From an uncultured Gammaproteobacteria bacterium (GTDB lineage: Bacteria > Patescibacteriota > Microgenomatia > Levybacterales > GWA1-39-11): a stretch of 64,000 bases of DNA. Each line of letters opens with the position of its first letter. Position 1 is the first letter of the stretch. Under the pieces are notes generated by a model that was given only the letters and a program-made list of their open reading frames with translations, did no database searches and was not told the DNA's origin. Positions 30,213 through 40,337 of the stretch are shown in pieces. Made by a program: the position numbers and the translations under genes. The stretch is from positions 15,369 through 79,368 of the forward strand of contig CAYRUR010000005.1 of NCBI GenBank assembly GCA_964427615.1, read 5' to 3'.

Positions 30213-31880
30213 ATGAAAAAGTGGAAAGTATTAAGCACAAAAAACGATTTTTCTTCCCCCCAAGACATAATCAGCCAACTTCTTTTGCTGCGAGGAATTA
30301 CCACGAAAGAAGAAATTGAAGATTTTTTGCATCCTGATCTAAGTAAAATCTCACTCTCTTTTGTAGGGCTTGATAAAAAAGCTGTAGAAAAAGCTCTTAA
30401 AAGAATTGAGAAGGCCATAGAAAAGAACGAGAAAATTATTGTGTATGGAGACTATGATGTTGACGGTATATCTGGGACTGCAATTTTATGGGAAACGCTC
30501 TATCAAGCATACAAAAATGTTATTCCTTATATTCCTGATAGATTTGAAGAAGGGTACGGATTATCCAAAAAAGGAATTGAAAATATTCTCAGGACATATG
30601 ATGATGTGGGACTGATTATCACAGTTGATAACGGTATTGTAGCAAGCAAGGCAGTGGACTTTGCCAATGAGAAAGGAATAGATGTGATAGTTACCGATCA
30701 TCACACAAGAGGGAAAAAAGATCCTGATGCTTTTGCCATAGTACATACTACTAAGCTGTGCGGGGCAGGAGTTGCTTATATGCTTTCCAGAAGTTTTGAC
30801 CAGGTAGATATCATCAAAAATAAAAAACACTTAGAGTTGGTAGCACTTGCAACTATTGCAGATCTTGTTCCTTTAACCTATGCCAACAGAATACTAGCCA
30901 TATTTGGTATCAAAGAATTATCCAGGACAAAACGGCCAGGACTGCTGGAATTATTTAGAGCTTCGGGTATACAAAAAGAAAAAATAGGAGCCTATGAAAT
31001 AGGCTTTATTATTGGACCGCGGATAAATGCTATGGGAAGAATTGCCTCAGGCCTTGATAGCCTTCGTTTTTTATGTACCAGTAGCGCACAAAGAGCTGTT
31101 GGATTAGCATCTGCTCTGGAGGTAGTTAATAAGGACAGACAATCACTTACGCAACTGGCAGCACTGCATGCAAAAGAAATTTTTAGTAGAGAGAAGAGTA
31201 GTGTCTCAAAAATTGTATTCGTATCTCACACTGATTATAACCAGGGAGTTATAGGACTTGTTGCGTCAAAATTGGTAGAGGCTTACTATCGTCCTTCTTT
31301 TGTATTATCAGTCGGTGAAAAATATGCAAAAGGTTCTGCACGCTCTATAACAGGGGTAAATATTATAGAAATGATTCGTTCTGCATCTACTTATTTAGTA
31401 GAAGCAGGAGGGCATCCGATGGCAGCAGGATTTACGGTAGAGACAGAAAAAATTGAGTATTTTAAAAAAGAATTAGAAGAAGCTGCTGAAAAAGTAGTAA
31501 CTGAGGAGCATCTGCAGAGAACTCTTTTAGTAGATATGCCTCTTGCTTTTTCAGCTATTTCTTTTGATTTATGCAAACACATCCAAAAGCTAGCTCCTTT
31601 TGGAGTAGGGAATGATGAACCTATTTTTGTGACACCAGAAGTATATATTTCTGACTTAAAGTATATGGGAAAAGAAAAAAATCATCTCAAATTGTGGGTT
31701 GAAAAAGATGGTTTTTCCTTTGAAGCAGTACTTTTTGGATTTAAGGAAAAATTAGGAGAAAATATTGATCTGCGAGTTAACGACAAAATTGATATTGCCT
31801 ATACAGTTGGTATAAATGAATGGAATGGGAGTAGGAAAATAAATTTGATGGTGAAGGATATTAAAATTATTGAGAAATAG
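30213..31880 (+). CDS. recJ: Single-stranded DNA exonuclease RecJ
   Basis: GDYDVDG, TVDNG, TDHH, GSARS, GGHPMAAG motifs. Confidence 0.95.
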   Translation: MKKWKVLSTKNDFSSPQDIISQLLLLRGITTKEEIEDFLHPDLSKISLSFVGLDKKAVEKALKRIEKAIEKNEKIIVYGDYDVDGISGTAILWETLYQAYKNVIPYIPDRFEEGYGLSKKGIENILRTYDDVGLIITVDNGIVASKAVDFANEKGIDVIVTDHHTRGKKDPDAFAIVHTTKLCGAGVAYMLSRSFDQVDIIKNKKHLELVALATIADLVPLTYANRILAIFGIKELSRTKRPGLLELFRASGIQKEKIGAYEIGFIIGPRINAMGRIASGLDSLRFLCTSSAQRAVGLASALEVVNKDRQSLTQLAALHAKEIFSREKSSVSKIVFVSHTDYNQGVIGLVASKLVEAYYRPSFVLSVGEKYAKGSARSITGVNIIEMIRSASTYLVEAGGHPMAAGFTVETEKIEYFKKELEEAAEKVVTEEHLQRTLLVDMPLAFSAISFDLCKHIQKLAPFGVGNDEPIFVTPEVYISDLKYMGKEKNHLKLWVEKDGFSFEAVLFGFKEKLGENIDLRVNDKIDIAYTVGINEWNGSRKINLMVKDIKIIEK

Positions 31881-32535
31881 GTTGAGAAAGTGGAGAAAGT
31901 CCCAAGCGCTTTCTTACGGTATTATCTGTAATATCTGGAGAATCCGGCACTGTTTTCCCTGCTATTCTAAGCATTTCATTCATAGTATTGATTTTATGTA
32001 TCATTCTGTTAAATTGAGTATATGCTTCCTCAAATAATAATAAGCGGGTATAGTCTCCATTCATATACCTCTTTTTAACAAAAGGGTAGCGAATAGGATC
32101 TTTGTGATGTTTAAGGGAGTCTATTGTTTCTTCAAATTCTAGAATGCACCTTTCTGTAAGAGGGGGAAGAATAGATTGGTCAATTGGAACGAGAGTAGCT
32201 GCTTGTTTGATCGTTGTTGTAGCAGATACCCTTAGTGCTTCTGTTGTTTCTTCGTCGTCTAGTAAGTTGTCTATCCATGTGTTTTTTTCAGGAGAATCAG
32301 TTTGTTCTTTTGCAAACAAGAGTACTTCTCCTGCTTCTGTTTTTTCTGATTGTATTCGTACGTCTCCTATAATGTAGCTAGCTATATTACTCATCTTAGC
32401 GGTGGACAATATATCCTCAATTCTTTCTCGTGGCATTAATGGAAAAGCATTAGCATATCCATTTCTTGGCTGCCCAGGAAAGAGATCTTCCAATCTTTGT
32501 ACATTTTGATGTTGCGAAAGCATTTCTACTGCCAT
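31867..32535 (-). CDS. Hypothetical protein (orphan-like)
   Basis: Open frame, no recognised motif; ATG 32535 lies just past the leader terminator. Confidence 0.65.
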   Translation of the reverse strand: MAVEMLSQHQNVQRLEDLFPGQPRNGYANAFPLMPRERIEDILSTAKMSNIASYIIGDVRIQSEKTEAGEVLLFAKEQTDSPEKNTWIDNLLDDEETTEALRVSATTTIKQAATLVPIDQSILPPLTERCILEFEETIDSLKHHKDPIRYPFVKKRYMNGDYTRLLLFEEAYTQFNRMIHKINTMNEMLRIAGKTVPDSPDITDNTVRKRLGLSPLSQPISQ

Positions 32536-32549
32536 ATATTTTTTTCCAT

Positions 32550-32582
32550 AAAAAAACTCCCTCATCTTTTGGGGAGTTTTTG
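32550..32582 (-). terminator. Intrinsic terminator hairpin in the leader of the 31867-32535 gene
   Basis: Minus strand AAAAACTCCC-caaaagatga-GGGAGTTTTTTT. Confidence 0.75.
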
Positions 32583-32608
32583 TTTTGTTTACTGAAATTA
32601 TGTTTACT

Positions 32609-32689
32609 TTATTTCTTCTTTATACAAAAACTCCACCCATTTCTCATAGGGATGACGTGTTTATTTGTGAGTTTTGCAGAAAGGTACAT
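32609..32689 (-). CDS. Putative 26-aa attenuator leader peptide
   Basis: MYLSAKLTNKHVIPMRNGWSFCIKKK, between a consensus promoter and the terminator. Confidence 0.55.
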   Translation of the reverse strand: MYLSAKLTNKHVIPMRNGWSFCIKKK

Positions 32690-32700
32690 AAAACACCAAA

Positions 32701-32751
32701 ACTATAGCAAGAAAAAAACAGCTTGTCAATAACAGCATTTACTAGTATGAT
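32701..32751. promoter_or_regulatory. Overlapping divergent sigma70-type promoters
   Basis: Minus strand: TTGACA (32729-32724), 17 nt, TATAGT (32706-32701). Plus strand: TTGTCA (32723-32728), 17 nt, TATGAT (32746-32751) upstream of aspS. Confidence 0.7.
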
Positions 32752-32773
32752 ATAGAAGTTGAAAAAAGAGCTT

Positions 32774-34147
32774 ATGAAAGAAGATTTAAAAAGAACACTA
32801 ATTAGTAAAACTCCCCAAGCAGTAGATCAGGAAGTCTTGATCAAAGGATGGGTCCAAAGGGTGAGAACACACGGGAAATTGGTCTTCATGGATGTGAGGG
32901 ATAGAACGGGGGCAGTACAGGTGATCGTAAATGCAAAAACAGCGCCTGAAGCATTCGAGACAGCACAAGATTTGCGTGCAGAGTTTGCTATCCAGATGAT
33001 TGGAAAAGTAAACAAAAGACCAGAAAATGCTATTAATAAAGATCTTATTACCGGTACTATAGAAGTTGAGGCTCTTGCTCTTACGGTACTTGCTGCAGCA
33101 GAGGTCACTCCTTTTGATACAACGAAAAAAACATTACATTTAGAATTACCTACATTACTGGATCATAGATCACTTACGTTAAAACATCCTTCTGTGCAAG
33201 ACATTTTTATGGTACAGGCAACACTTGCTGAAGAATTTCGAAATGCGGCAAAAGAGTTAGATTGTGTAGAAGTCTTTGTTCCGACGATTGCAGCTGGTGC
33301 AACTGAAGGAGGAGCGGAGGTATTTCCTATAGGATACTATGGTCATAAAGCTTTTTTGACGCAAAGTCCTCAATTGTACAAACAAATCATGGTAGGAGTA
33401 TTGGAAAGAGTCTTTACGATTGCTAAAGCATATCGGGCAGAACCATCTGTTACGACAATGCATCTTGCAGAGTCTACACAGATGGATATTGAAATGGGAT
33501 TTATAGACTCTTTTGGAGATTTACTTGATGCGTTAGAATTTGTTGGAACTACAGTTGTTAAAAACACTGCTGAAAAACATACTGTAGTTTTTGAGAGATT
33601 TGGAATAGAAAAACCACTTGTTGCTGCAAAAGTCCCCCGCTTAAAACTGCGTGAAGCACAGGAGATTATAAAAGAGAGGACTGGACGTGACCTTTCAAAA
33701 GAAATGGATTTAAATAGAGAAGATGAAGTTGAGATTTGGAAGTGGGCAAGAGAAACACATAACTCAGATTTTGTGACTATTACTCATTTTCCTACCAAAA
33801 AAAGAGCGTTTTATACTTATCCAGATCCTGAGAATCCAGAGTATAGTCTTTCCTATGATCTTATTTTCAAAGGCCTTGAGATTTTAAGTGGAAGTCAGAG
33901 AATCCATGATTATAACCAGCTCATAGAAGCTATGGAGAAAAAGGGAGTAAATCCAAAGAATTTTGGCATGTACTTACAGGCATTTCGTTATGGAGTACCT
34001 CCAGAGGGTGGATTTTCCTTTGGTTTGGAACGACTGACTATGAAACTACTGGATCTTGCAAATGTACGAGAAGCCTCGCTATTCCCAAGAGATATGGAAC
34101 GAGTGGATGAAAGATTTTCAGTTACAGAAGAAGTTAACAAAGAATAA
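32774..34147 (+). CDS. aspS: Aspartyl-tRNA synthetase, archaeal/non-discriminating type without GAD insert
   Basis: OB-fold N-terminus, TEGGAEVF, QSPQLYKQ, YRAE, GSQRIH, GLERL motifs; about 457 aa. Confidence 0.88.
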   Translation: MKEDLKRTLISKTPQAVDQEVLIKGWVQRVRTHGKLVFMDVRDRTGAVQVIVNAKTAPEAFETAQDLRAEFAIQMIGKVNKRPENAINKDLITGTIEVEALALTVLAAAEVTPFDTTKKTLHLELPTLLDHRSLTLKHPSVQDIFMVQATLAEEFRNAAKELDCVEVFVPTIAAGATEGGAEVFPIGYYGHKAFLTQSPQLYKQIMVGVLERVFTIAKAYRAEPSVTTMHLAESTQMDIEMGFIDSFGDLLDALEFVGTTVVKNTAEKHTVVFERFGIEKPLVAAKVPRLKLREAQEIIKERTGRDLSKEMDLNREDEVEIWKWARETHNSDFVTITHFPTKKRAFYTYPDPENPEYSLSYDLIFKGLEILSGSQRIHDYNQLIEAMEKKGVNPKNFGMYLQAFRYGVPPEGGFSFGLERLTMKLLDLANVREASLFPRDMERVDERFSVTEEVNKE

Positions 34148-35078
34148 CGTTTATATCTTTTTGAAAAATACCTTCTCATCTTTTCGGGTGTTTCATGTGG
34201 CGCTTGTTTTGGTAAGTGTTAATATCTTATTTCTTTCTCTTGCAGTATATTTTCATAAAAAAATACAAAGTATCTCTTTTACTCCAGTAAGTGCCCAGGT
34301 AGTCTATAAAAATTCCCCTCTTCCTTTTGTTGCTAAAAATATTGATGTTAAAACATCTGCCAGAGCACTAGTAGTCTACGATCCTGAAACACGGACAGTG
34401 GTATATGGCAAGAATCAAAACTTTCGGTTTGCACCTGCTTCAACTACAAAAATAATGACTGCTTTAATAGCTCTTGAAAACTACAACTTAAATAAAGTTA
34501 TGACTGCTAATGGAGTATGGACTGTACAGGGATCTAAGATGAATTTAGTAGAAGGAGAGAGAATAACAGTACATAGTCTTTTGTATGGGCTCATGCTGCC
34601 TTCAGGCAATGACGCAGCTTATGTATTAGCACATAACTATCCTGGAGGATATACAGATTTTATGCAAAAAATGAATGAGAAAGCAAAAAAGCTGTATTTG
34701 CAGAATACCTTTTTTGTGGATCCTGCAGGTCTAGAGGACGCAAACTACACAACTGCCTCTGACTTGGCTCGTCTGGCAGCTTATGCTATGCAAAATGATG
34801 TTTTCAGAACAGTTGTAGGGACAAAGACAAAAACAGTTCTTGATGCATCAGGTATGATACCGCATGAGTTGGTAAACTTAAATAAACTCTTGGACTTACC
34901 AGGAGTGATAGGTGTAAAGACAGGTTTTACTGAAGAGGCAGGACAAGTATTGGCTACTGCTTATCAGTATCAGGGGAAAACATACATTATTGTGGTCTTA
35001 CAAAGTACTGATAGGTTTTCTGATACTGCTACTATTATAAAAGAGGTAGTTGATAAAATTAAGTTAATTTCCTATTGA
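34107..35078 (+). CDS. D-alanyl-D-alanine carboxypeptidase (peptidase S11)
   Basis: ASTTK, SGN and KTG motifs, N-terminal TM; start uncertain (overlaps the aspS end). Confidence 0.88.
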   Translation: MKDFQLQKKLTKNNVYIFLKNTFSSFRVFHVALVLVSVNILFLSLAVYFHKKIQSISFTPVSAQVVYKNSPLPFVAKNIDVKTSARALVVYDPETRTVVYGKNQNFRFAPASTTKIMTALIALENYNLNKVMTANGVWTVQGSKMNLVEGERITVHSLLYGLMLPSGNDAAYVLAHNYPGGYTDFMQKMNEKAKKLYLQNTFFVDPAGLEDANYTTASDLARLAAYAMQNDVFRTVVGTKTKTVLDASGMIPHELVNLNKLLDLPGVIGVKTGFTEEAGQVLATAYQYQGKTYIIVVLQSTDRFSDTATIIKEVVDKIKLISY

Positions 35079-36158
35079 ATTATCAGCTAAAGCAAGTACG
35101 TAAGCGGTAAAATTGGTGCCTTTAAATATGACAATTGGTACGAGATACGGATACTCATCTTCTCCGCTGTAGTAACCCAAAGATACTTCAGTAATCTGGA
35201 CTTCTTGTAAGTTATTGGGATTTACAATATACGCATTTCCTTTTTGTAAATCTTCATATGCTTGTTTGATGCTTTTGATAGGGTAAGTGCCTGCTAGCTC
35301 TGGATTGGTAAAATCGAGAGGTTTGTGAAAAAATTTGCCTTGCGCAATCTCAAGATCAAATCTGCTGGTTGTTTTAACATAAAAATACATGGATGATTCA
35401 TCAGGTGTGGGGTAATAAATGGGAAGACTTTCCACTGTTTCTTTATTCAGCAAAAACGGTTTATGAACCGGAGCATTTTGTTGATAGAGGTCAACCCTGG
35501 CTACTTGTGCTTGTGCAGGATTTTGAGTCGGAATGAGGCTATTACCGATTACTGTGTAATAAGTGGTTTTGGTTTGTCCTTTATCTAAGTCAACTGTGCT
35601 TTGAGGATCAAGAGCATCCAAAAAATTAAGGACAAAAGTGTTAATTTCAGTTGCTTCAGGAAGTGGAAATGCAGCAGTGCTGGCAATAGTTGGGATAAAA
35701 TCAAAATCAATCGTAAAATTATGTGTAATAATATCATAATTGATAACTGCCCCATCTGTTCGTGCCCATTGGTAGATATTATTACCTGTTTTTATCTCAC
35801 GGAGAGAAAAGTTCCTTAGAGCTACGTTACTTCGTGCTGTTTGTAGAGCAAATAAATTGGGTTCTCGTGTCTGAAATTTAAATACCTTCATACGAGATGG
35901 AATAGGCGGGAGCGTGCCAGTCACGGTATTAATCTGATACGTTATATCCTGTTGTCCGGCGACAGGCAATGATACTGGAGGTAATTTTTCAAAACGAGCC
36001 CAGTCTTCAGGAAGCGGTTCTGGAGGGGGAAAGTAAGTGTTGCGAATAACACCAAATAGTTGGATACCGATAAAAATAACAATTCCGGCAGCAATAGCTC
36101 CAGCAGCAATTTTAAGTATCAGACGTGTTTCACTGGTTATTTCTGAAAGAGAGGCCAT
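35064..36158 (-). CDS. Hypothetical membrane-anchored exported protein
   Basis: N-terminal TM and large beta-rich domain; ATG 36158 lies 6 nt after TATACT. Confidence 0.7.
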   Translation of the reverse strand: MASLSEITSETRLILKIAAGAIAAGIVIFIGIQLFGVIRNTYFPPPEPLPEDWARFEKLPPVSLPVAGQQDITYQINTVTGTLPPIPSRMKVFKFQTREPNLFALQTARSNVALRNFSLREIKTGNNIYQWARTDGAVINYDIITHNFTIDFDFIPTIASTAAFPLPEATEINTFVLNFLDALDPQSTVDLDKGQTKTTYYTVIGNSLIPTQNPAQAQVARVDLYQQNAPVHKPFLLNKETVESLPIYYPTPDESSMYFYVKTTSRFDLEIAQGKFFHKPLDFTNPELAGTYPIKSIKQAYEDLQKGNAYIVNPNNLQEVQITEVSLGYYSGEDEYPYLVPIVIFKGTNFTAYVLALADNSIGN

Positions 36159-36197
36159 GTCTTGAGTATAGGCAATGCTTTGTGTAAAATGCAAGAT

Positions 36198-37604
36198 ATG
36201 AATGTAAAAAATGCTGATAATACGGTCCGTGTGAGAATAGCTCCTTCACCTACTGGATATCCTCATATTGGTACTATTTACCAAGCTTTATTTAACTATG
36301 CCTTTGCCAAAAAACATCACGGTAGTTTTATAGTACGTATTGAAGATACTGACCAGACACGATTTGTAGCAGATGCAGAAGAGGCAATTTTTAACGCGCT
36401 TGATTGGTTTGGTTTGATTGAGGATGAAAGTTCACGAAAGGGAGGCAATTTTGGTCCTTATCGCCAGTCAGAACGATTAGAACTGTATCATCAGTATGCC
36501 CAAGAATTGATTGACAAAGGATATGCTGAGTTTGCATACTATCCCAAAAAAGAAGCAGTTGGTAAAAAAGAATATGGGCAGCAAAATGCTCAGGAAAAAG
36601 TGTCAGTAGAGCCTCAGACACCTCCTGCACCTACTTCTATAAAAGAAATGCTTGCTGATAAAGAACAATTTGTAGATTGGGTAGTAAGAATGAGAGTCCC
36701 AAAGGATGAAAAAATTGTGGTGGATGATGCAATTCGCGGTAACATTGAGTTTGATACAAATCAAGTAAGTGCACAGGTTCTTCTTAAATCAGATGGGTTT
36801 CCAACGTACCATTTAGGAGCAGTTGTCGATGACCATTTGATGCAGATTACCCATATTGTGAGAGCTGAAGAATGGCTTTCTTCTTTTCCAAAACACTGGC
36901 TTTTGTATCGCTATTTTCAGTGGCCAATGCCACCTGTTTTTCATACTGCAACCTTGAGAAATCCTGATAAGTCAAAGCTTTCCAAGCGACAAGGGCATAC
37001 GAATGTAAATTGGTATAAAGAACAAGGATTTTTGCCTGAGACAATTTTAAATTATTTAGCGCTTTTAGGATGGAGTCATCCTGAGGAAAAAGAAATTTTT
37101 TCCCTTGATGAATTTATCAGTTTGTTTGATTTAAAAGATATTAAGCCAATACCCCCTATCTTTGACCTTACAAAATTAGAGTGGATGAATGGCGTATACA
37201 TAAGGGATATGGAGAATAGTAAACTTCTTGAAAAACTGATGGCATATGATCAGACAATCAAAGAAATAGATAAAACACTTCTTGATCAATTTATAGAACT
37301 AGCGAAAACACGCATGAAGACATTAAAAGATTTTTCTTCGCTTGTTATGCCATTTGTAAAACCAAATGCAGTTGTGCTTGCAGAAGAGCAAAAGAGAATA
37401 CAAGAAGCAGTGAGACAGTCACTGGAAAGCACAGAACACTGGGATAAAGAGCAGATTGTTCAAACACTAAAAGAAGTTACCAAACAAAACAATGTTAATT
37501 TTAAGTTTTTATATAAAATAACTATTGGTGCAGAATTTGGTTTGCCTTTAGCAGATGTATTTGAGATACTAGGAAAAGAGAAAACACTTGTCTTTTTCTC
37601 GTAG
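36198..37604 (+). CDS. gltX: Glutamyl-tRNA synthetase
   Basis: RIAPSPTG, HIGT, RIEDTD, KLSKR motifs; start 36198 or 36189. Confidence 0.95.
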   Translation: MNVKNADNTVRVRIAPSPTGYPHIGTIYQALFNYAFAKKHHGSFIVRIEDTDQTRFVADAEEAIFNALDWFGLIEDESSRKGGNFGPYRQSERLELYHQYAQELIDKGYAEFAYYPKKEAVGKKEYGQQNAQEKVSVEPQTPPAPTSIKEMLADKEQFVDWVVRMRVPKDEKIVVDDAIRGNIEFDTNQVSAQVLLKSDGFPTYHLGAVVDDHLMQITHIVRAEEWLSSFPKHWLLYRYFQWPMPPVFHTATLRNPDKSKLSKRQGHTNVNWYKEQGFLPETILNYLALLGWSHPEEKEIFSLDEFISLFDLKDIKPIPPIFDLTKLEWMNGVYIRDMENSKLLEKLMAYDQTIKEIDKTLLDQFIELAKTRMKTLKDFSSLVMPFVKPNAVVLAEEQKRIQEAVRQSLESTEHWDKEQIVQTLKEVTKQNNVNFKFLYKITIGAEFGLPLADVFEILGKEKTLVFFS

Positions 37605-37608
37605 AACT

Positions 37609-37965
37609 ATGGAAATCAAACGATTTATACGCTCTTTTCGTTACTCTTTAGAAGGATTTGTACATATTTTCAAATATCATCAAAACATCCGTTTTCACTC
37701 ATTTGCAGCTCTGGCAGTCATCATGTTAGCTTTGCTTTTACAGCTTAGCAGAATAGAATTTCTTTTTATTTTACTTGCGATATTTATTGTTTTTGTAGCT
37801 GAGATGATTAATACAGCAATCGAGGAAATGACGAATTTGATAACTACAGAACACAGAAAAGAAGCAAAAATTGCAAAAGACGTAGCTTCTGCAGCAGTAT
37901 TACTGTCAAGTATTCTTGCTTTTATCATTGGGATGATTATTTTTATTCCCAAAATAATATCCTAA
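37609..37965 (+). CDS. Diacylglycerol/undecaprenol kinase family protein
   Basis: EMINTAIE and AKDVASAAV motifs; 3 TM segments. Confidence 0.88.
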   Translation: MEIKRFIRSFRYSLEGFVHIFKYHQNIRFHSFAALAVIMLALLLQLSRIEFLFILLAIFIVFVAEMINTAIEEMTNLITTEHRKEAKIAKDVASAAVLLSSILAFIIGMIIFIPKIIS

Positions 37966-38231
37966 TTTTTTTCTCCTGTTTGTCCTCTGGCGGTTGTAAG
38001 TGCAAGAATTTCTGAGAGTTTTTGTACAAATTTTTGAGCATGGTCTCTGCTCATACCGACTCGTGCAACTACTTGTAACTGAGAAGATGTACCGATTCTT
38101 TGACATACATCAAACGTAACACCATCTTCATTTACATTCATAAAAACAGTATCAGTATACAAAATAGGAGTTGCGTTAGGATTTACACTGACATTGAGGT
38201 TGGAGCTTTCATCGTTAACTGGCTTTTTCAA
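37962..38231 (-). CDS. DUF3467-like small protein
   Basis: ILYTD...VTFD...VVARVGMS..HAQKF pattern; AAGGAGGT SD upstream. Confidence 0.65.
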   Translation of the reverse strand: MKKPVNDESSNLNVSVNPNATPILYTDTVFMNVNEDGVTFDVCQRIGTSSQLQVVARVGMSRDHAQKFVQKLSEILALTTARGQTGEKN

Positions 38232-38249
38232 TTATTTATAACACCTCCT

Positions 38250-38813
38250 TTATCTGTGGTTTTCTTTTAGTATTTTAGTAAGATCAATGGTTTTTTCAAC
38301 CAATTCTGTGAGTTTTTCTTTTGCTTTTTCATCTGTGAGATTGCCTGATGTATCAAATATTTTAGGAGCAAAGCGTACCATTAGTTGCGGTTGTGGTAAG
38401 AGCAATACATTAAAAGAAGCCATGACTTGACGTAGATGCTGTTGCATTCTCACTGTTCCGAACATGCCATCACTTGCTCCAAAAATAGCTCCTGTTTTGC
38501 CAGTCATGGGATTGCCCTGACGAGAGATCCAATCAAGCGCATTTTTTAACACTCCTGGAATAGAATGATTGTATTCAGGTGAGCAGATTAAAAACATATC
38601 AGCCCATTCGGCTTGTTCTCTGATCTGCTTTACTGACTCTGGAAATCCTTGCACTTCAACATCTGCGTTATACAGCGGAATATCTATTAAATCTGCTACC
38701 TTTACTTCTGCACCATACTGTTGAGCAATCTTTACTGCTTCTTGTAAAAGCATTTTGTTGTATGACTGTGCTCGTAAACTACCGGGAATTGCGAGGACAT
38801 GAATGGGTTTCAT
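38250..38813 (-). CDS. NADPH-dependent FMN reductase
   Basis: GSLRAQSYN and SPEYNHSIPGVLKNALDW motifs. Confidence 0.92.
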   Translation of the reverse strand: MKPIHVLAIPGSLRAQSYNKMLLQEAVKIAQQYGAEVKVADLIDIPLYNADVEVQGFPESVKQIREQAEWADMFLICSPEYNHSIPGVLKNALDWISRQGNPMTGKTGAIFGASDGMFGTVRMQQHLRQVMASFNVLLLPQPQLMVRFAPKIFDTSGNLTDEKAKEKLTELVEKTIDLTKILKENHR

Positions 38814-38918
38814 ATTGTTTTATTATATCACCAACTGAAAGTAAGAGGATAAGTAAATGCTTATGTAATAGTAAGAAAAGCTATTATTTTTTTTATACTA
38901 TAATAGGGATATATAGAT

Positions 38919-40217
38919 ATGAGAACAACGGGAAGATTAGGGTGGTATGTTACTATTATTTATGCGACAATTCCTGCTGTTTTACTAAGTGTTACTTCTT
39001 CATTTGTTTTTGATTTTTCTTCTGTTGCAGGAACGTTAAATACTCTGGGAAGAGTGTCTGCTCTTACAGGACTTGCGTTATTTTCACTTGCTTTTGTATT
39101 AAATACACGTGTTTCTTTTTTAGAAAACCTGTTTGGAGGTTTGAATAAAGTATTTATTGCTCATCATATTGTTGGTAGTTTTGCTTTTGTTTTTCTGCTT
39201 TTTCACCCTCTTTTTCTTGTCTTGAGCCTTGCCTCTTTTTCTGTTGATGCTGCTGTACAGCTTATTATTCCTGGGGTAAACATTGTAACACTTGGTATTG
39301 TTGGACTTTCTTTACTGACCTTTTTTTTAGTAACCACTCTGTTTTTTAAGCCTCCCTATCATATTTGGAGATTTATCCATCAATTTATAGGCATTGCCTT
39401 TTTCTTTGGTGCTGCCCACGCGCTCTTTATACCAAGTGATATTGCTTCAAACCTGATTGTTAGATACTACATGCTTTTTCTGGTAGGGTTGGGAGTAGTT
39501 TCTTACTTTTACAAAACTGTTTTTGGTAGGATTACCATGCAGCAAAAAGATTTTGTTGTAAAAGAGATTAATTGGTTAGATAAAAAGGTGGTTGAGATAA
39601 CGCTTGCTCCTGTGAAAGAAACCTTGCGCTATAAGCCAGGCCAGTTTGTGTTTCTCTCCTTTATGAATAGCTCTCTGAGTAAAGAAGCACATCCTTTTTC
39701 AATTACTTCTTCTCCAAAAGAATCTTTACTAACAGTAGTGATTAAAAAATCAGGTGATTTTACTAGGAAACTTGATATGTTAAAAGTAGGAGATGGGGTA
39801 AAGGTGGAAGGTCCTTATGGCAAATTTACCTATGCTGATTTTCCTAATAGAAAACAGGTATGGATTGCTGGAGGCATTGGTATTACTCCATTTATCAGTA
39901 TGATAAAGGATGTGAAGAACAACAGGTACGACATTGATTTGTTTTATGTAACATCTACCAAAAGTGATGCTGTTTATTTGAAAAAAATGAAACGTTTAAC
40001 ACAAGAGAAAAAAGGAGTAAAAGTATACCCTTTATTTACCGCTACTCAGGGTAGACTGACGGTTGAAAAAATAAAAAAATTAAGTGGAGTGGATATCAAA
40101 GACAGAGAAATATTACTCTGTGGGCCTTTACCCATGATGCAGCATATTAAAAAACAGCTACAGCTGCACGGAGTAAAGACATACCGTATTCATTCAGAAG
40201 AATTTGAATTAGCATGA
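38919..40217 (+). CDS. Ferric-reductase-like TM domain fused to FAD/NAD-binding oxidoreductase
   Basis: 6 TM segments with heme His pairs, HPFSITS, EGPYG, GGIGITP, LCGP motifs. Confidence 0.88.
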   Translation: MRTTGRLGWYVTIIYATIPAVLLSVTSSFVFDFSSVAGTLNTLGRVSALTGLALFSLAFVLNTRVSFLENLFGGLNKVFIAHHIVGSFAFVFLLFHPLFLVLSLASFSVDAAVQLIIPGVNIVTLGIVGLSLLTFFLVTTLFFKPPYHIWRFIHQFIGIAFFFGAAHALFIPSDIASNLIVRYYMLFLVGLGVVSYFYKTVFGRITMQQKDFVVKEINWLDKKVVEITLAPVKETLRYKPGQFVFLSFMNSSLSKEAHPFSITSSPKESLLTVVIKKSGDFTRKLDMLKVGDGVKVEGPYGKFTYADFPNRKQVWIAGGIGITPFISMIKDVKNNRYDIDLFYVTSTKSDAVYLKKMKRLTQEKKGVKVYPLFTATQGRLTVEKIKKLSGVDIKDREILLCGPLPMMQHIKKQLQLHGVKTYRIHSEEFELA

Positions 40218-40309
40218 GCAAACGATTTATAAAAACAATTGTGGCCATTACACTATTTCTTTTTATAGCTACTATTGCAGGAGTGATATTAGCAAGTTTT
40301 CTGCAATAG
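40214..40309 (+). CDS. Putative 31-aa single-TM small protein (not in ORF track)
   Basis: MSKRFIKTIVAITLFLFIATIAGVILASFLQ; ATG overlaps the upstream stop (ATGA). Confidence 0.55.
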   Translation: MSKRFIKTIVAITLFLFIATIAGVILASFLQ

Positions 40310-40337
40310 AGGTGGCAATAGTGTACAATAGGGCAAT

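Noticed and set aside
32466-32732. 88-aa plus-strand ORF upstream of aspS
   Set aside because: Overlaps the minus-strand gene start, terminator and promoters; no coding signal
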